Positions 48,839-60,720 of a DNA stretch of 64,000 nt are shown one piece after another. The DNA comes from Podarcis gaigeae (taxonomy: Eukaryota): assembly GCA_964106915.2 (NCBI GenBank), contig OZ066923.1. The stretch is one strand, 5' to 3'. Position numbers and translations under genes: made by a program. Every line of letters begins with the position of its first letter. Positions within the stretch are counted from its first letter, which is position 1. The notes beneath the pieces were generated by a model. It made no database searches. It was not told where the DNA came from and saw nothing but the letters and a program-made list of their open reading frames with translations.

Positions 48839-49764
48839 NNNNNNNNNNNNNNNNNNNNNNNNNNNNNNNNNNNNNNNNNNNNNNNNNNNNNNNNNNNNNN
48901 NNNNNNNNNNNNNNNNNNNNNNNNNNNNNNNNNNNNNNNNNNNNNNNNNNNNNNNNNNNNNNNNNNNNNNNNNNNNNNNNNNNNNNNNNNNNNNNNNNNN
49001 NNNNNNNNNNNNNNNNNNNNNNNNNNNNNNNNNNNNNNNNNNNNNNNNNNNNNNNNNNNNNNNNNNNNNNNNNNNNNNNNNNNNNNNNNNNNNNNNNNNN
49101 NNNNNNNNNNNNNNNNNNNNNNNNNNNNNNNNNNNNNNNNNNNNNNNNNNNNNNNNNNNNNNNNNNNNNNNNNNNNNNNNNNNNNNNNNNNNNNNNNNNN
49201 NNNNNNNNNNNNNNNNNNNNNNNNNNNNNNNNNNNNNNNNNNNNNNNNNNNNNNNNNNNNNNNNNNNNNNNNNNNNNNNNNNNNNNNNNNNNNNNNNNNN
49301 NNNNNNNNNNNNNNNNNNNNNNNNNNNNNNNNNNNNNNNNNNNNNNNNNNNNNNNNNNNNNNNNNNNNNNNNNNNNNNNNNNNNNNNNNNNNNNNNNNNN
49401 NNNNNNNNNNNNNNNNNNNNNNNNNNNNNNNNNNNNNNNNNNNNNNNNNNNNNNNNNNNNNNNNNNNNNNNNNNNNNNNNNNNNNNNNNNNNNNNNNNNN
49501 NNNNNNNNNNNNNNNNNNNNNNNNNNNNNNNNNNNNNNNNNNNNNNNNNNNNNNNNNNNNNNNNNNNNNNNNNNNNNNNNNNNNNNNNNNNNNNNNNNNN
49601 NNNNNNNNNNNNNNNNNNNNNNNNNNNNNNNNNNNNNNNNNNNNNNNNNNNNNNNNNNNNNNNNNNNNNNNNNNNNNNNNNNNNNNNNNNNNNNNNNNNN
49701 NNNNNNNNNNNNNNNNNNNNNNNNNNNNNNNNNNNNNNNNNNNNNNNNNNNNNNNNNNNNNNNN
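48839..49764. other. Assembly gap (926 N)
   Basis: Run of N. Confidence 1.
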
Positions 49765-50029
49765 AGAGAGAGCCCTTACTCAAAAATAGATTTCAGGCAA
49801 TTTACAATGACAAAAGCATCATAGTATAAAACACACAGATGATATAACAGAATAAAGAGGGATAAAACCATTCAACCAGGCAAAAATCTCACAGTCTAAA
49901 ATCTAAAACTTCCATTTCATCCTCTGTCTGTCTGTCTGTCTGACACACACACATAAACAAACACACCCCACCAGTGGTCTAAAAACCCACCCTGCAGTTG
50001 AATTGCTCATTCAAGATAATATATGGTAT

Positions 50030-50290
50030 TTGACCCACAATCACCCAAGGAGTTCCATGGTGGAGTGGGGATTTGAACCCAGATTTCCCCAGTCCTAATC
50101 CAACACTCTAAGTATTACATCATGAGAAGAGCCTGCTGGATGAGGGTGGTGGCTCATCTAATTCAGCATCTTGTTCTCACAGTGACAACCAAATACCTAT
50201 GAGAAACCTGAGGAACCTCATAGCACTGTCCGCTCTGCAGGTTCTGATCAACTGGTATTCAAAAGCATGCCACCTCCGAGATCAGAGGAA
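50030..50290 (-). mobile_element. MIR/Squam2-like SINE head (50030-50122) next to a CR1 3'-end fragment (50122-50290)
   Basis: GGGATTTGAACCCAG..CCAACACTCTAA; AAGAGCCTGCTGGAT..CATCTA.T.CAGCATC motif also at 47620 and 63065. Confidence 0.6.
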
Positions 50291-50931
50291 CACTTTCTTG
50301 TTATTGTTTTCATTTTGGAAGGCCGTCTGTGTTATCTTTAAGCCCCTGCTGTGCAGTATTGCTGTTTTGTTTCCCACCATTCTGGACAGAGGGGATATAG
50401 GACTGGTGTCTTTGGGGCCCAATATTTATCTCTCCTGGGAGACTTGCGAGAGTGAGGTAAACTGAAGGAGCTCTGATTGGTCATTTCACGAGAGTTCAAA
50501 CGCTTTAATCTTGCCTGCAATTTTAGATGCATCACCAAAATCACACATCAGAACTAAATGCTGACTCTAAAACTATCATGCTCCCTGCTCATATAACCAG
50601 ATAAATGCCCGGGTGGCAGAGGTCATGCACCATGTAAATTCATAGGATCCATGACTCACAAAGCAGCTGTGACAGGAGTTTAACGCATAGTGATGAATAC
50701 GAATAAAAGCAGTGTAAATGAACTGTCACTGCTTAATTTACATTTTACCTACTTCATCCTTTCTAACCATTTCTTTGATTTTTCAGCAGGGAAAGGGGGG
50801 GGGGAGGCATGTGGTAGCAGGCATTGTCAAACTGGGGGGATGAAGTTTTGCTTCCAGAGGCTTTCTGGTAATGGGCTAGAACTCAGAACCACTCCAGAAT
50901 TGCAGCCAAACCTCAAAGCTTGCCCTATACT

Positions 50932-51063
50932 CAGGGCTTCCCCCTGCCCCCAGCTGGAACTCACCAGAGCTCAGTTCCAGCACCTCTCAGGTAGGCACCA
51001 TTGCCATTCCAGGAGAACAAAGGAGAAGTTCTGGCACCTCTTTTTCTAGAAAAAAAAGCACTG
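50932..51063 (-). mobile_element. ~135-bp hAT MITE
   Basis: CAGGGC...GCACTG termini; TSD CCTATACT/CCTATATC. Confidence 0.82.
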
Positions 51064-51349
51064 CCTATATCTGCAACACAAAAGAAAAGGTTGAAGACAT
51101 AAGTAGACCACCAGTATATTGATATGCACACAGAAGAATCTTTTGCCCTTGATGAAAAGTACAGAATATGTGAAGGAACTGACTGTATGCTGTTCACACC
51201 GACAGACTTGGATTTTATTTATCTATTTGTTCAGCGGTAGCCAACATGATACACTTCAGATGCTTTTGGACTCCAACATCCCATGAACATTGTCTGTGCT
51301 GGCTGAGTCTGATGGGAGATGCAGTTCAATAATGTCCAGCAAGCATCTA

Positions 51350-51602
51350 CAGTGGTACCTTGGTTTACGAAACTTAATCTGTTCTGGAAGTCTGTTCTTA
51401 AACCAAAGCGTTCTTAAACCAAGGCATGCTTTCCCACAGCAGCAGGGGACTCACTTTACAAACGGAACACACTCAACAGGAAGCGAAACATGTTCTTATT
51501 CCAAGGCGAAGTTCACAAACCAAAACACCTACTTCCAGGTTTGCAGCGTTCTTAATCCAAGTTTTTCATAAACTAAGCTGTTCTTAAACCAAGGTATCAC
51601 TG
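51350..51602. mobile_element. Tc1/mariner (Tigger-like) MITE
   Basis: TIR CAGTGGTACCTTGGTTTA / TAAACCAAGGTATCACTG; TA TSD. Confidence 0.9.
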
Positions 51603-51851
51603 TACTTTGCTTCAGTTTTTCTTCCAAAGGGATTGAGGGAACTCCATAACTCCTTCCTCTTTATCATTATAACTAGGCTAGGTCAAGAAATGGCTATCTA
51701 AAACTAACTAAAAGGCCATCAAGTTTATTGGGGAGGGGAAGAGGCGGTATGAATAGCTGCAACTGAGTTACAGTCTCAACTTTTGCACTGTTGACATGAT
51801 CTTACAGTCAATAAATCTGTGCAATAAATTCATGTAGCGGGGAGAAGGATT

Positions 51852-51890
51852 GCATCTGAAGAAGTGTGCATGCACACGAAAGCTTATACC
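51852..51890 (+). ncRNA. Minimal type I hammerhead ribozyme motif
   Basis: CUGAAGA at 51856-51862; stem II GUGUG-CAUG-CACAC; GAAA at 51878-51881; palindromic AAGCUU; stem I GCAU/AUAC (3 of 4 pairs). Confidence 0.7.
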
Positions 51891-51992
51891 CAGAACAAAC
51901 TTAGTTGGTCTCTAAGGTGCTACTGGACAATTTTTTAATTTTTTAATTTATTTAGAATGCGTCAGACCAACATGGCTACCTACCTGAATCTA
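51852..51992 (+). mobile_element. Penelope-like element terminal (pLTR) fragment
   Basis: CTGAAGAAGTGTGCATGCACACGAAAGC..TTAGTTGGTCTCTAAGGTGCTACTGGA; same family as 54297. Confidence 0.85.
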
Positions 51993-52190
51993 GAGTCGTT
52001 TCCCAAGTTATCTCCTATGTGTATGTGTGATGCACGTCTGCAATGTGCTTAAAGGCATCTGCGTGCTTTGAGACCTTGTAAAAAGCACAGCCTCTTTGTA
52101 CGTGTGCAAGTCTGTGCAGGTGCAGTTTTTTATGCAGAGGGCTATGTGCTGGACATGATGCTTTCCTCCACTACACACTCCCCCACAAAG

Positions 52191-52551
52191 AAAGGTAGAG
52201 ATAAAGGACCCCTGAGTGGTTAAGTCCAGTCAAAGGTGACTTTGGGGTTGTGGTGCTCATCTCGCTTTCAGGCCAGGGAAGCCAGCGTTTGTCCACAGAC
52301 AGCTTTCTGGGTCATGCGGCCAGCATGACTAAACTGCTTCAGGTGCAACAGAACACCATGATGGAAGCCAAAGTGCATGGAAATGCCATTTGCCTTTCCA
52401 CCACAGTGGTACCTATTTATCTACTTGCACTGGTGTGGGAGCTGGGACAGAGCAACAGGAGCTCACTCTGTCATGGGGACTGGAACTGCTGACCTTCTGA
52501 TCAGCAAGCCCAAGAGGCTCAGTGGTTTAGACCATAGTGCCACCCGCATCC
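52191..52551 (-). mobile_element. Sauria SINE (older, more diverged copy)
   Basis: Body and head recognisable; degenerate TSD ACACACT(C/T)CCCCA. Confidence 0.88.
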
Positions 52552-52811
52552 AACACACTTCCCCATCCCATGATCCCAGACCCCTTTCTGTGTGCACAAG
52601 GGCCTGTTATGGTCCCTCTTTTTGTGTGCTCAAACTGCGGATCACAGCAAGGCTGAAGGCACATACCCCTTGCTTGCCTTCCCTCACGGAACGCTGAACA
52701 TGTCACCACATGCTAGCTGGCTTTCTCTTTTCTCATCTTGCTGTTGCAGCTGCACCAGAAGGGAAGGAGAAGCCCAAAAGAAGTGGTAGAGGGAGCAGAA
52801 AAGATGAAGAA

Positions 52812-53358
52812 TGTTATGACACAGTGCCCAACAGCCTTAGCCACCTGCTGGCCCAAGTGGAAGGAAGACTCAGCCAGCATGGAGTGCCACAGGCCCGCTC
52901 ACCTTCGAAGTGCGGCAGCGTTGCAGGCCTGGCAGCTGCTCCCAAAAAAACCCACAGGGGAGACTTGAGGTGGTTCCCTACCTGTGTGGGTGGGCGCAAT
53001 GCCCCCACTGCCTATCAGGTGTTGAATCCAAGCCTGTCTACAAATTTTCCAATTGCGAACAGGCTTGGATCACAGCTTGGGGGTGGTACTGACAGAGCTT
53101 CCCTCAGTTCTGCTCCCAGGCCATTTAAACAACCTGCACCTGGGGGCCTCACCTGGATTTTCCCTCATCACCTGCTCTTCACTGCCCCCTTCACCATGTC
53201 CTTGGCTGCTGCTGCTCGACTGCTCCTCCTGCAAGATATGCCACCAATATCAGGATTTCATGATGCTGAATAACTGTTTACTGTGATTGTATCTTTACTG
53301 CTGGACATGAGTAATTCCCTGGTGGGCCCTTGGAAAATGGAGTTTGAAGCACCCTACA
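52812..53358 (+). mobile_element. LTR-like GC-rich repeat
   Basis: TGTTA...CTACA ends; ATTTAAA box; no TSD found. Confidence 0.3.
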
Positions 53359-54039
53359 CTAGAGCATGGTATTGGACCTTGAGGGTCTATCGGGTAAGCC
53401 ATGGGGGTAGATTTTTTGAGCAAACCTACACTAGAACATGCAGATAGGGCCTGGAGTTTCTCAAGTAGAACCTGGAAGCAGGAAGTTTAAAGCCCCTTGC
53501 ACAGGAGGGTATGTTGAAAGAATGGTGTGGGATGTTAGGAATATGTCCTTTTATTGTTGCAAGAAGCATAACAATCTTGCTTTCTGATCTTTCCCCACAC
53601 TAATTACAGAAATGCGCTCTTTTTTTCACATACACACACGGCTTCACCACATACATTTGGCAAAAAAGCAAACCAACAAACCACCCTGGTTTTACAGCTG
53701 CAGGGCAGGCAAGACAGAGATCACACATAACAATGAATCTTCATCAGCTCCTGAAGTCAATGGAATATACAAGCTTATCATATACTTTCAGAGAGGCTGC
53801 CTAAAATGGTTCAGAATCAGATACCACGGATAGGTCAGTGACCTCTTTTAGAACACCACTTTCATTGAGCCTTGCATTTGAAACATCTTGACATTTTCTC
53901 TTGCTGACCTGATTTCAGCTTCTCTGCGAATCATATTGAATGGGCTCATTCAACAAGTCTAAAATGGTAAAACACCCTACCTGCTATCAAAACTAGCTGA
54001 AATCAACCTGATGGCGTTTTCCCTCCACCTCTCCCTCTC

Positions 54040-54088
<49 letters not shown>

Positions 54089-54215
54089 ATTCCTCCTATT
54101 AATAAATCCATGCTACTATGTGCACTACCAAAGCCTGATTGTATATATACTGGTTGCCCTGTTACAGACTGATGTTTTTGGTGTGGCCCAAGTGCACCAG
54201 CAGAGCCAATCCAGT

Positions 54216-54515
54216 GCTTCTCGGCAGTAGCACCCACCGTGTGGAATGCTCTCCCATCAGATATCAAGGAAATAAACAACTATCTGACTTTTAGAACAAA
54301 AAAAATTCCTTCCAGTAGCACCTTAAAGACCAACTAAGTCAGTTCTTGGTATGAGCTTCAGATACCTGAAGAAGTGTGCATGCACACGAAAGCTCATACC
54401 AAGAACTGACTTAGTTGGTCTTTAAGGTGCTACTGGAAGGAATTTTTTTTGTTTTGACTATGGCAGACCAACACGGCTACCTATCTGTAACTGACTTTTA
54501 GAAGACATCTGAAGT
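54216..54515 (+). mobile_element. L2 fragment interrupted by a Penelope insertion
   Basis: FSAVAPTVWNALPSDIKEINNYLTFR|RHLK. Confidence 0.8.
54297..54490 (+). mobile_element. Penelope-like insertion with inverted pLTR and hammerhead core
   Basis: 13-bp TSD CTGACTTTTAGAA; perfect 64-bp inverted arms at 54295-54358 and 54390-54453; CTGAAGA at 54366, GAAA at 54388. Confidence 0.9.
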
Positions 54516-54714
54516 TCATCAGCCATGCTGGATCAGGTAAAAGGCCCATCTAGTCTGAGACTAAGGACGAGAAAGCCGACAGGCAGTGCCAACCCTTGGA
54601 TTGGTTGCAAGTAGGAAAGCAAACAGGTGGGGGGCTGGATGAGGGCAGACTGAGCTTTGTGGGGCAGCTCCCCATTCACCCTAATGCAGCAGCCTCCACT
54701 GTGTGAGAGAAAGA

Positions 54715-55490
54715 TTATGATGATGATTTTTGACCCCACCCATCTGGCTGGGTCTCCCCAGCCAGTCTGGGTGGCTTCCACACATATAAAGGTAAAGGTA
54801 AAGGGACCCCTGACCATTAGATCCAGTCGTGACCGACTCTGGGGTTACGGCGCTCATCTCGCTTTATTGGCCGAGGGAGCCGGCGTACAGCTTCCGGGTC
54901 ATGTGGCCAGCATGACTATGCCACTTCTGGCGAACCAGAGCAGTGCACGGAAATGCCGTTTACCTTCCTGCCGGAGTGGTACCTATTTATCTACTTGCAC
55001 TTTGACGTGCTTTCAAACTGCTCTAGGTTGGCAGGAGCAGAGACCGAGAAACGGAGCTCACCCTGTCGCAGGGATTCGAACCGCCAACCTTCTGATCGGC
55101 AAGTCCTAGGCTCTGTGGTTTAATCCACAGCACCACCCACGTCCCTTCCCACACATATAGAAACATAATAAAATATCAAACTTTAAAAATGTCCCAATAT
55201 GGGCTACCTTCAGGTGTCTTCCAAAAGTTGTGTAGTTCTTTATCTCTTTGACAACTGATGGGAGGGTGTTCCTGGGCCAGTGTAACTACTGAGAAGGCCC
55301 TCTGTAACATCACTTCTTGCAATGAGGGAACCACCAGAAGGCCCTTGGATCTAGACCTCAGTGTCTGGGCTGAACCATGTGGGTGGAAATGCTCCTTCAG
55401 GTATACAAGACCAAGGCTGTTTAGGACTTTAAAGGTCAGCATCAAAACTTTGAATTGTGCTTGGAAACGTACTGGGAGCAAGCGTAGATC
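54715..55490 (-). mobile_element. L2 LINE 3' fragment with a nested Sauria SINE
   Basis: ORF 55176-55481(-) LPVRFQAQFKVLMLTFKVLNSLG.VYLKE..LRS..RAFSVV. Confidence 0.88.
54789..55145 (-). mobile_element. Full-length Sauria SINE
   Basis: (AAAGGT)n tail through to the GGGAC head; TSD TTCC(C)ACACATATA. Confidence 0.95.
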
Positions 55491-57432
55491 CTTTAGCTAA
55501 GAGTCCTCCTGCATGGACATTTTTAGGTTGCATGGGAAGAGAATGGATGTTTTGGGGAGGAAGTGTGCTTTACAACACTGGGCTTGGCACCTTAGTGCGA
55601 GACGTCTCCTGTTGAGGTAAAAACTACACTGCTTTCAGAATGCCATCTCTGCTGACCTGCCTGGCTGCCCACATCACCTGCTTGCCTATGAAAATGGCCA
55701 CCAAGAAAGCCACATGACTACCAATGTATCCAATAACCCATACAATCTAAGCCAAGTCCTTCCTTTTAGCAGAAAGCATCCTTCAGTAGCAATTGCAATA
55801 TCGGGAGCGACGTGCTTACAATTTTCGAAATGTGTCAAAACACCTGTCTACAAAGTTTGCAATATTTTTCAAGCATCCTGGCATGCGTGTATTTAGCATT
55901 GGGGAGGAGGAGTGATTGGAACATGGAGCGAGAGCTGACGTATGAAAGCTAAGCACCAGCAGGTTGATCTAGGAGGATAATTTTGCCCTTTTGTTGTTTA
56001 TTACATTTAATACTGTATATTTATGTTGGTGGTGTATACAACTCTTGACAGCTCGAGAGTGTTATGAAAGGCTTAAGTGATGGATTAAAATGAAGGAGGG
56101 CTGGGGGAGAGAAACAACTAAAGTTGACTTTGAGACCTCTGAAATGACTGCAAAAGAATCAGCCAGTAAATGACTTGCTTTTATTTTGACTGTTTTAAAC
56201 AAGACTTGGTGATAATGAATGTCTTTAACTCAACTTGATACAAATAAGTTGGCATTTTGGGAAATATAATTTTTCAAAGAACAAGGAAACTATCCCACAA
56301 AAGCACAGTTGAGTTGAACATCAATTTGACAGGCACTGTAATTTCCCTATTATAAGCATTGGGTGTCACACAAAAATCCTCCATGGAGAACACAGCAAAA
56401 TAAGGGAGATTGTTGCGTGGAGTCTTGTTACTGTGTCATTCACAGGGACCAGGAGAAGAGCAAGGCAGGTACTGCAATGTCTTTGATTGTATCAAAAGTT
56501 TTTTCTGAACACACATTAGGGGAAAAAATCCACCCCCCAAATCAGTATGAATATATCAAGGCAGAATGTTGAAGTGTGTGTGTGTGTGTGTGTGAAGTAT
56601 TAGTTCATAATTACAATCTTCCCATAGAAAAAGAGAACATGAAATGCAACTGTTTAAAAAGGGATCAAATCTTGGTAAATATCCTGCTTTGTGTGCATAA
56701 ATGAGCTACAATTATTTATTTATCTATCATTTATTTACTTCTTTTTTTGTATAATGAATGTTCTCTGGCTTTCATGAAACTGCTTCAGGTGAATATAATG
56801 AACAAGAATCTCTACATACTCCCTAATAGTGGATGGTAGTTAGCACATAAGGCAGGTCACAGATCACAAAACTGACTGTAAATGAGAGCACTGTTGGAGG
56901 TTAGTGATAAGGCTAAGTGATCCCGAAGACCAAATGTCATCATGTACTGAATTAATGGTCATGACACCGTGCGATCCACAACCTCCTTATTCCAAACAAA
57001 TTCTGTAAATTTCAATGTGCCTGCTATATTGCAGAGTTTGTGGCCTCTTTGCTCCTCTCTGATTTCTTAGAGCCAGTACAATAACCAGGATCAATAACCA
57101 TTTTGCTCTCTGTTTACTATAACCACAGATATCTGGAGCAACTTTCTGATTGTTACACACACATGCACAGACAAACACGTGCATACACAGAGATGTTTCA
57201 GACTCAATTCAGAGATGTTGGGAAGATTGCTTGTCAGTGGAAGGGCAACAGAAGAATTTCATAATGTGAAAGAAGAACTTCATAATGTGGGAATATAGTG
57301 TTGCCATTGTTAGTTTGGCCCTGCTTTACCCAACCTGGCGCCCTCCAGATATCAAGATTCAAACTTCCACCAGGCCCAGCCAGATAGACCAACCATTAGG
57401 GATAGTGGGAACTATAGTCCCAAAACATCTTT

Positions 57433-57821
57433 GTTGTTGTTGTTTAGTCGTTTAGTCGTGTTCAACTCTTCGTGACCCCATGGGCCAGAGCACACCAGGC
57501 ACTCGTGTCTTCCACTGCCTCCCGCAGTTTGGTCAAACTCATGTTGGTAGCTTCGAGAACACTGTCCAACCATCTCGTCCTCTGTCGTCCCCTTCTCCTT
57601 ATGCCCTCAATCTTTCCCAACATCAGGGTCTTTTCCAGGGATAGGTTTGTTCTTCTTGCAGTCCATGGGACTCTCAACAGTCTCCTCCAGCACCATAATT
57701 CAAAAGCATCAATTCTTTGGCGATCAGCCTTCTTTATGGTCCAGCTCTCACTTCCATACATCACTACTGGGAAAACCATAGCTTTTACTATATGGACCTT
57801 TGTTGGCAAGGTGATGTCTCT
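57433..57821 (-). mobile_element. BovB LINE 3' fragment with an in-frame internal deletion, inserted in a MITE
   Basis: RDITLPTKV.IVKAMVFPVVMYGSESWTIKKA..RIDAFELWCWRRLLRVPWTARR; (CAA)n tail; TSD AAAACATCTTT. Confidence 0.95.
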
Positions 57822-57956
57822 AAAAAACATCTTTAGGGCGCCTAATCTGAGGAAGGATATTTTGACTCTATGGTAGCTAAGCTCATCCTCATACATCTCC
57901 TGGTAGAGCTAGGAATATTATTATTAGTATTAGAATTTTGTGTTTCATTTCTATAC

Positions 57957-58462
57957 TACTGGAATGAAGAGGAGGAGGAATGGTGGGGATCACCCCGCCT
58001 TCTCCTGTAGCTTCGAGAGAGGAAGAAGGCAGTCTCAAATTATAGCAGGGCTTTGAGGAAGATAACAGCTCAGAGACAGGTGAACAGCAGAATTATGAGG
58101 TGTTAGGAGAAGGAGGAGAGGAGGCAGAGCAGCTAGCTGACATGTCACTGGACAGCATAATTGACCCACCTTCTCCCAATACGTGGCATTCGTTAAGGGT
58201 GCAAGAACAAAGGGCACAAAGACAATTGTCCACAAGTGAATGCCGTAGAGTCAGGTGTTGTTGCTAGAAGGGAAAGGGGAGGAGCTCAGTGCGAGCAACG
58301 CCATCATGGAGGAATGACTGGATTTCTTGCCTTTCACCATGTTGACTGAATAAAATAATAAGTAAGCACTTTCTTGTTTCCTGTTGGATTGGCTGTTGCT
58401 GCCAATCCTGCCAGTGTTGGTTCATGGGAGCTGGCAGCAGTGGAAGCTCAGCCTTAATGACC
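57957..58462 (+). mobile_element. Degenerate solo LTR of the acidic-U3-ORF group
   Basis: Translates REEEGSLKL*QGFEE..QNYEVLGE..EQLADMSLDSIIDPPSPNTWHSLRVQEQRAQR; AATAAA near 58349. Confidence 0.7.
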
Positions 58463-58503
58463 TGGGTCTGTGCTAAGAGGCAGCCAAGATGGCAACAAAA
58501 ACT

Positions 58504-58687
58504 CAGTGGCGTAGCGTGGGTTGTCAGCACCCGGGGCAAGGCAAGTAATTTGCGCCCCTAACCCATGGATTTGCGCCCCCTAACCCGTGGATTTGCGCCC
58601 CCTAACCCGTGGATTTGTGCCCCCTAACCCCCAGATGTTACGCCCGGTGCGGCCGGCCCCCCCTGCACCCCCCACGCTACGCCACTG
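58504..58687. mobile_element. Young hAT MITE with internal 22-bp tandem repeats
   Basis: Perfect 17-bp TIR CAGTGGCGTAGCGTGGG; perfect 8-bp TSD CAAAAACT. Confidence 0.93.
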
Positions 58688-58951
58688 CAAAAACTGCAGC
58701 AATTAGCACTTCCATTTCCGTTCATGTGATTTTCTCTAACATCCCTATGCTGGATAACGCTGCTCTCCATGTTCCTAGTGGAGTTATAGAACAACTGAAG
58801 ACAGCATTGGCAGAACCGAAGTGAGGGAGGTAACCCTGCTAATCTGAACATGCCTTATTTGTGAAGGCAACACAAATTCTGTTATGAATAGAGGTGAGAG
58901 ACTCAAACAGAGATGAAGAGACACAATTAAGTAAGGACTAACGTGAAAGGA

Positions 58952-59303
58952 GGGACGCGGGTGGCACTGTGGGTTAAACCACAGAGCCTATGACTTGCCG
59001 ATCAGAAAGTTGGCGGTTCAAATCCCCATGATGGGGTGAGCTCCCGTTGCTCGGTCCCTGCTCCTGCCAACCTAGCAGTTCGAAAGCATGTCAAAGTGCA
59101 AGTAGATAAATAGGTACCACTCCGGTGGGAAGGTAAACGGCGTTTCCGCGCGCTGCCCTGGTTCGCCAGAAGCGGCTTAGTCATGCTGGCCACATGACCA
59201 GCTGTATGCTGGCTCCCTCGGCCAATAAAGCGAGATGAGCGCCACAACCCCAGAGTTGGCCACGACTGGACCTAATGGTCAGGGGTCCCTTTACCTTTAC
59301 CTT
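58952..59303 (+). mobile_element. Full-length Sauria SINE
   Basis: GGGACGCGGGTGGC head; (ACCTTT)n tail; TSD CTAAC(G/A)TGAAAGGA. Confidence 0.96.
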
Positions 59304-59439
59304 CTAACATGAAAGGAAGTAAGTGACCACCAATACTGGGCAACCCAGCTGACTACCAGGCAGAAATCATTGTCAGGCAGGTTGGTTACTAAAATCCCAG
59401 GACATCTGCAAAGCATTCAGAGAGTAAGATCTTTTGTTA

Positions 59440-60050
59440 TCTAATGCTTCACGTTAAACTTTACCGATTGACAGGTTTGAGCCTGAGTCCACAAGTTAGG
59501 TAACTCCACATCCTTGATGAATAATGATGCTGGGTCCCTTGTTTGTTTGCTTATTCTGAAATCAGATCGTGCTTATTCTGTGCCCCTTCCCAGTTCTGAT
59601 AGATAACTAATTGTTGGCAGATGTGGCAAGTATCTGGGGCCAAGATATATTTGTTTGCACAGTTCAGCCATAGACTGTATCAGGCACTCGCAGCTGTTTT
59701 TTATCAAGATCCTGTCCATGCTAGACAGTCCACCTGGCAAAACAAGATTCACTCATGTGACCTTCATCTAAACGCTCTAAATAGGGGCGTTCTGCTTAAG
59801 TAATACTGAAAATAAAAGCCGAAAACACCTAATTAAATTAACAAATTGCCATGAAATGCTAATTTGTGTTTATATATGCAAAAAGTGCCCTATGGTTCAC
59901 ATACAGTCATGTCCCAGCCTTATTTGTCAACTTTGATTTAAAACCGAAATTGCACAATGAGGCCATTAATTTTCCGAGACAACCTTTATTTGTTCTGTGC
60001 AGTGTAATTGGTGAATTGGTTTTAATTATGAAACCTGTAAAATACCCAAA
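59440..60050. promoter_or_regulatory. Candidate conserved non-coding element
   Basis: Repeat-free; GATTGACAG (Pbx/Meis), TGTTTG (Fox), CAGATG, CTAATTAAATTAA, CTTTGAT, ACAATG, TAATTG. Confidence 0.45.
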
Positions 60051-60139
60051 ATGCTTTGTTTCTGTCTACTATTCTAAGTCAAATGGGTGACAGCAGCAGC
60101 AAACAGAATAAATCTTGGTTTGAAGAGTCACACCTAGAA

Positions 60140-60345
60140 GATGCCTATTCCCATCATGGAGAGACAATTCCCAGGGTTCTGTGGAAAGAAGGATTGACTG
60201 ATAACCGCTCAGCGAACTGTAGCCCCACGAAGGGAATTGGGGGGTCTCCTAACAACTTTCTGCATCCTTAACAAACTACATATCCCAGCATTCTTTGGTG
60301 GTAGCCGTGACTGCTAAAATGGTATAATACAACTTGAAATGTTGG
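60140..60345. mobile_element. Squamate non-autonomous DNA transposon fragment (Harbinger-like)
   Basis: GGTCTCCTAACAAC..CCTTAACAAACTACA..CCCAG.ATTCTTTGG motif. Confidence 0.5.
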
Positions 60346-60720
60346 AACAGTTGACGCTTCACTTCACTTGTTGAAAAGTGAACAGGATAAAGAACACTTA
60401 CATAAGATTTCTATCTTGAAAACAAGCACATTAAATGACTGCCATGGAATATATTGCTTCTTTTCTCTCAGTGTTGGGAGTGTAGGTGTGCGCGCACATG
60501 CTCTAAGGTAACAGGTTTCTTTTAATATTATTATTTTTTAAAAAAAATATCTGTATGCATCACATTTAACCTATTATAAATATACTACTACTATTATTTA
60601 TTTTTAATGGAACAGTGGTACTTCTCTCAACTTTCTCCCTGCCATGTTTGGGTTAAGTTGGGGTTGGCTCACCTATTAAAGAGGTGACCTATGGGTGGGA
60701 TGAAGCGCAGCATTTCTGTC

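Noticed and set aside
48728-49829. ORFs of 332-353 aa (also 41775-42136)
   Set aside because: Artefacts of N runs.
52710-53273. 187-aa ORF
   Set aside because: Lies in a GC-rich LTR-like repeat, has no recognisable domain, and several frames are open there.
58547-58630. CRISPR-like repeats
   Set aside because: Head-to-tail units without spacers, inside a MITE, in a eukaryote.
58952-59040. tRNA-like sequences with A/B boxes (also 18586, 40970, 61936)
   Set aside because: These are SINE heads continuous with SINE bodies, not tRNA genes.
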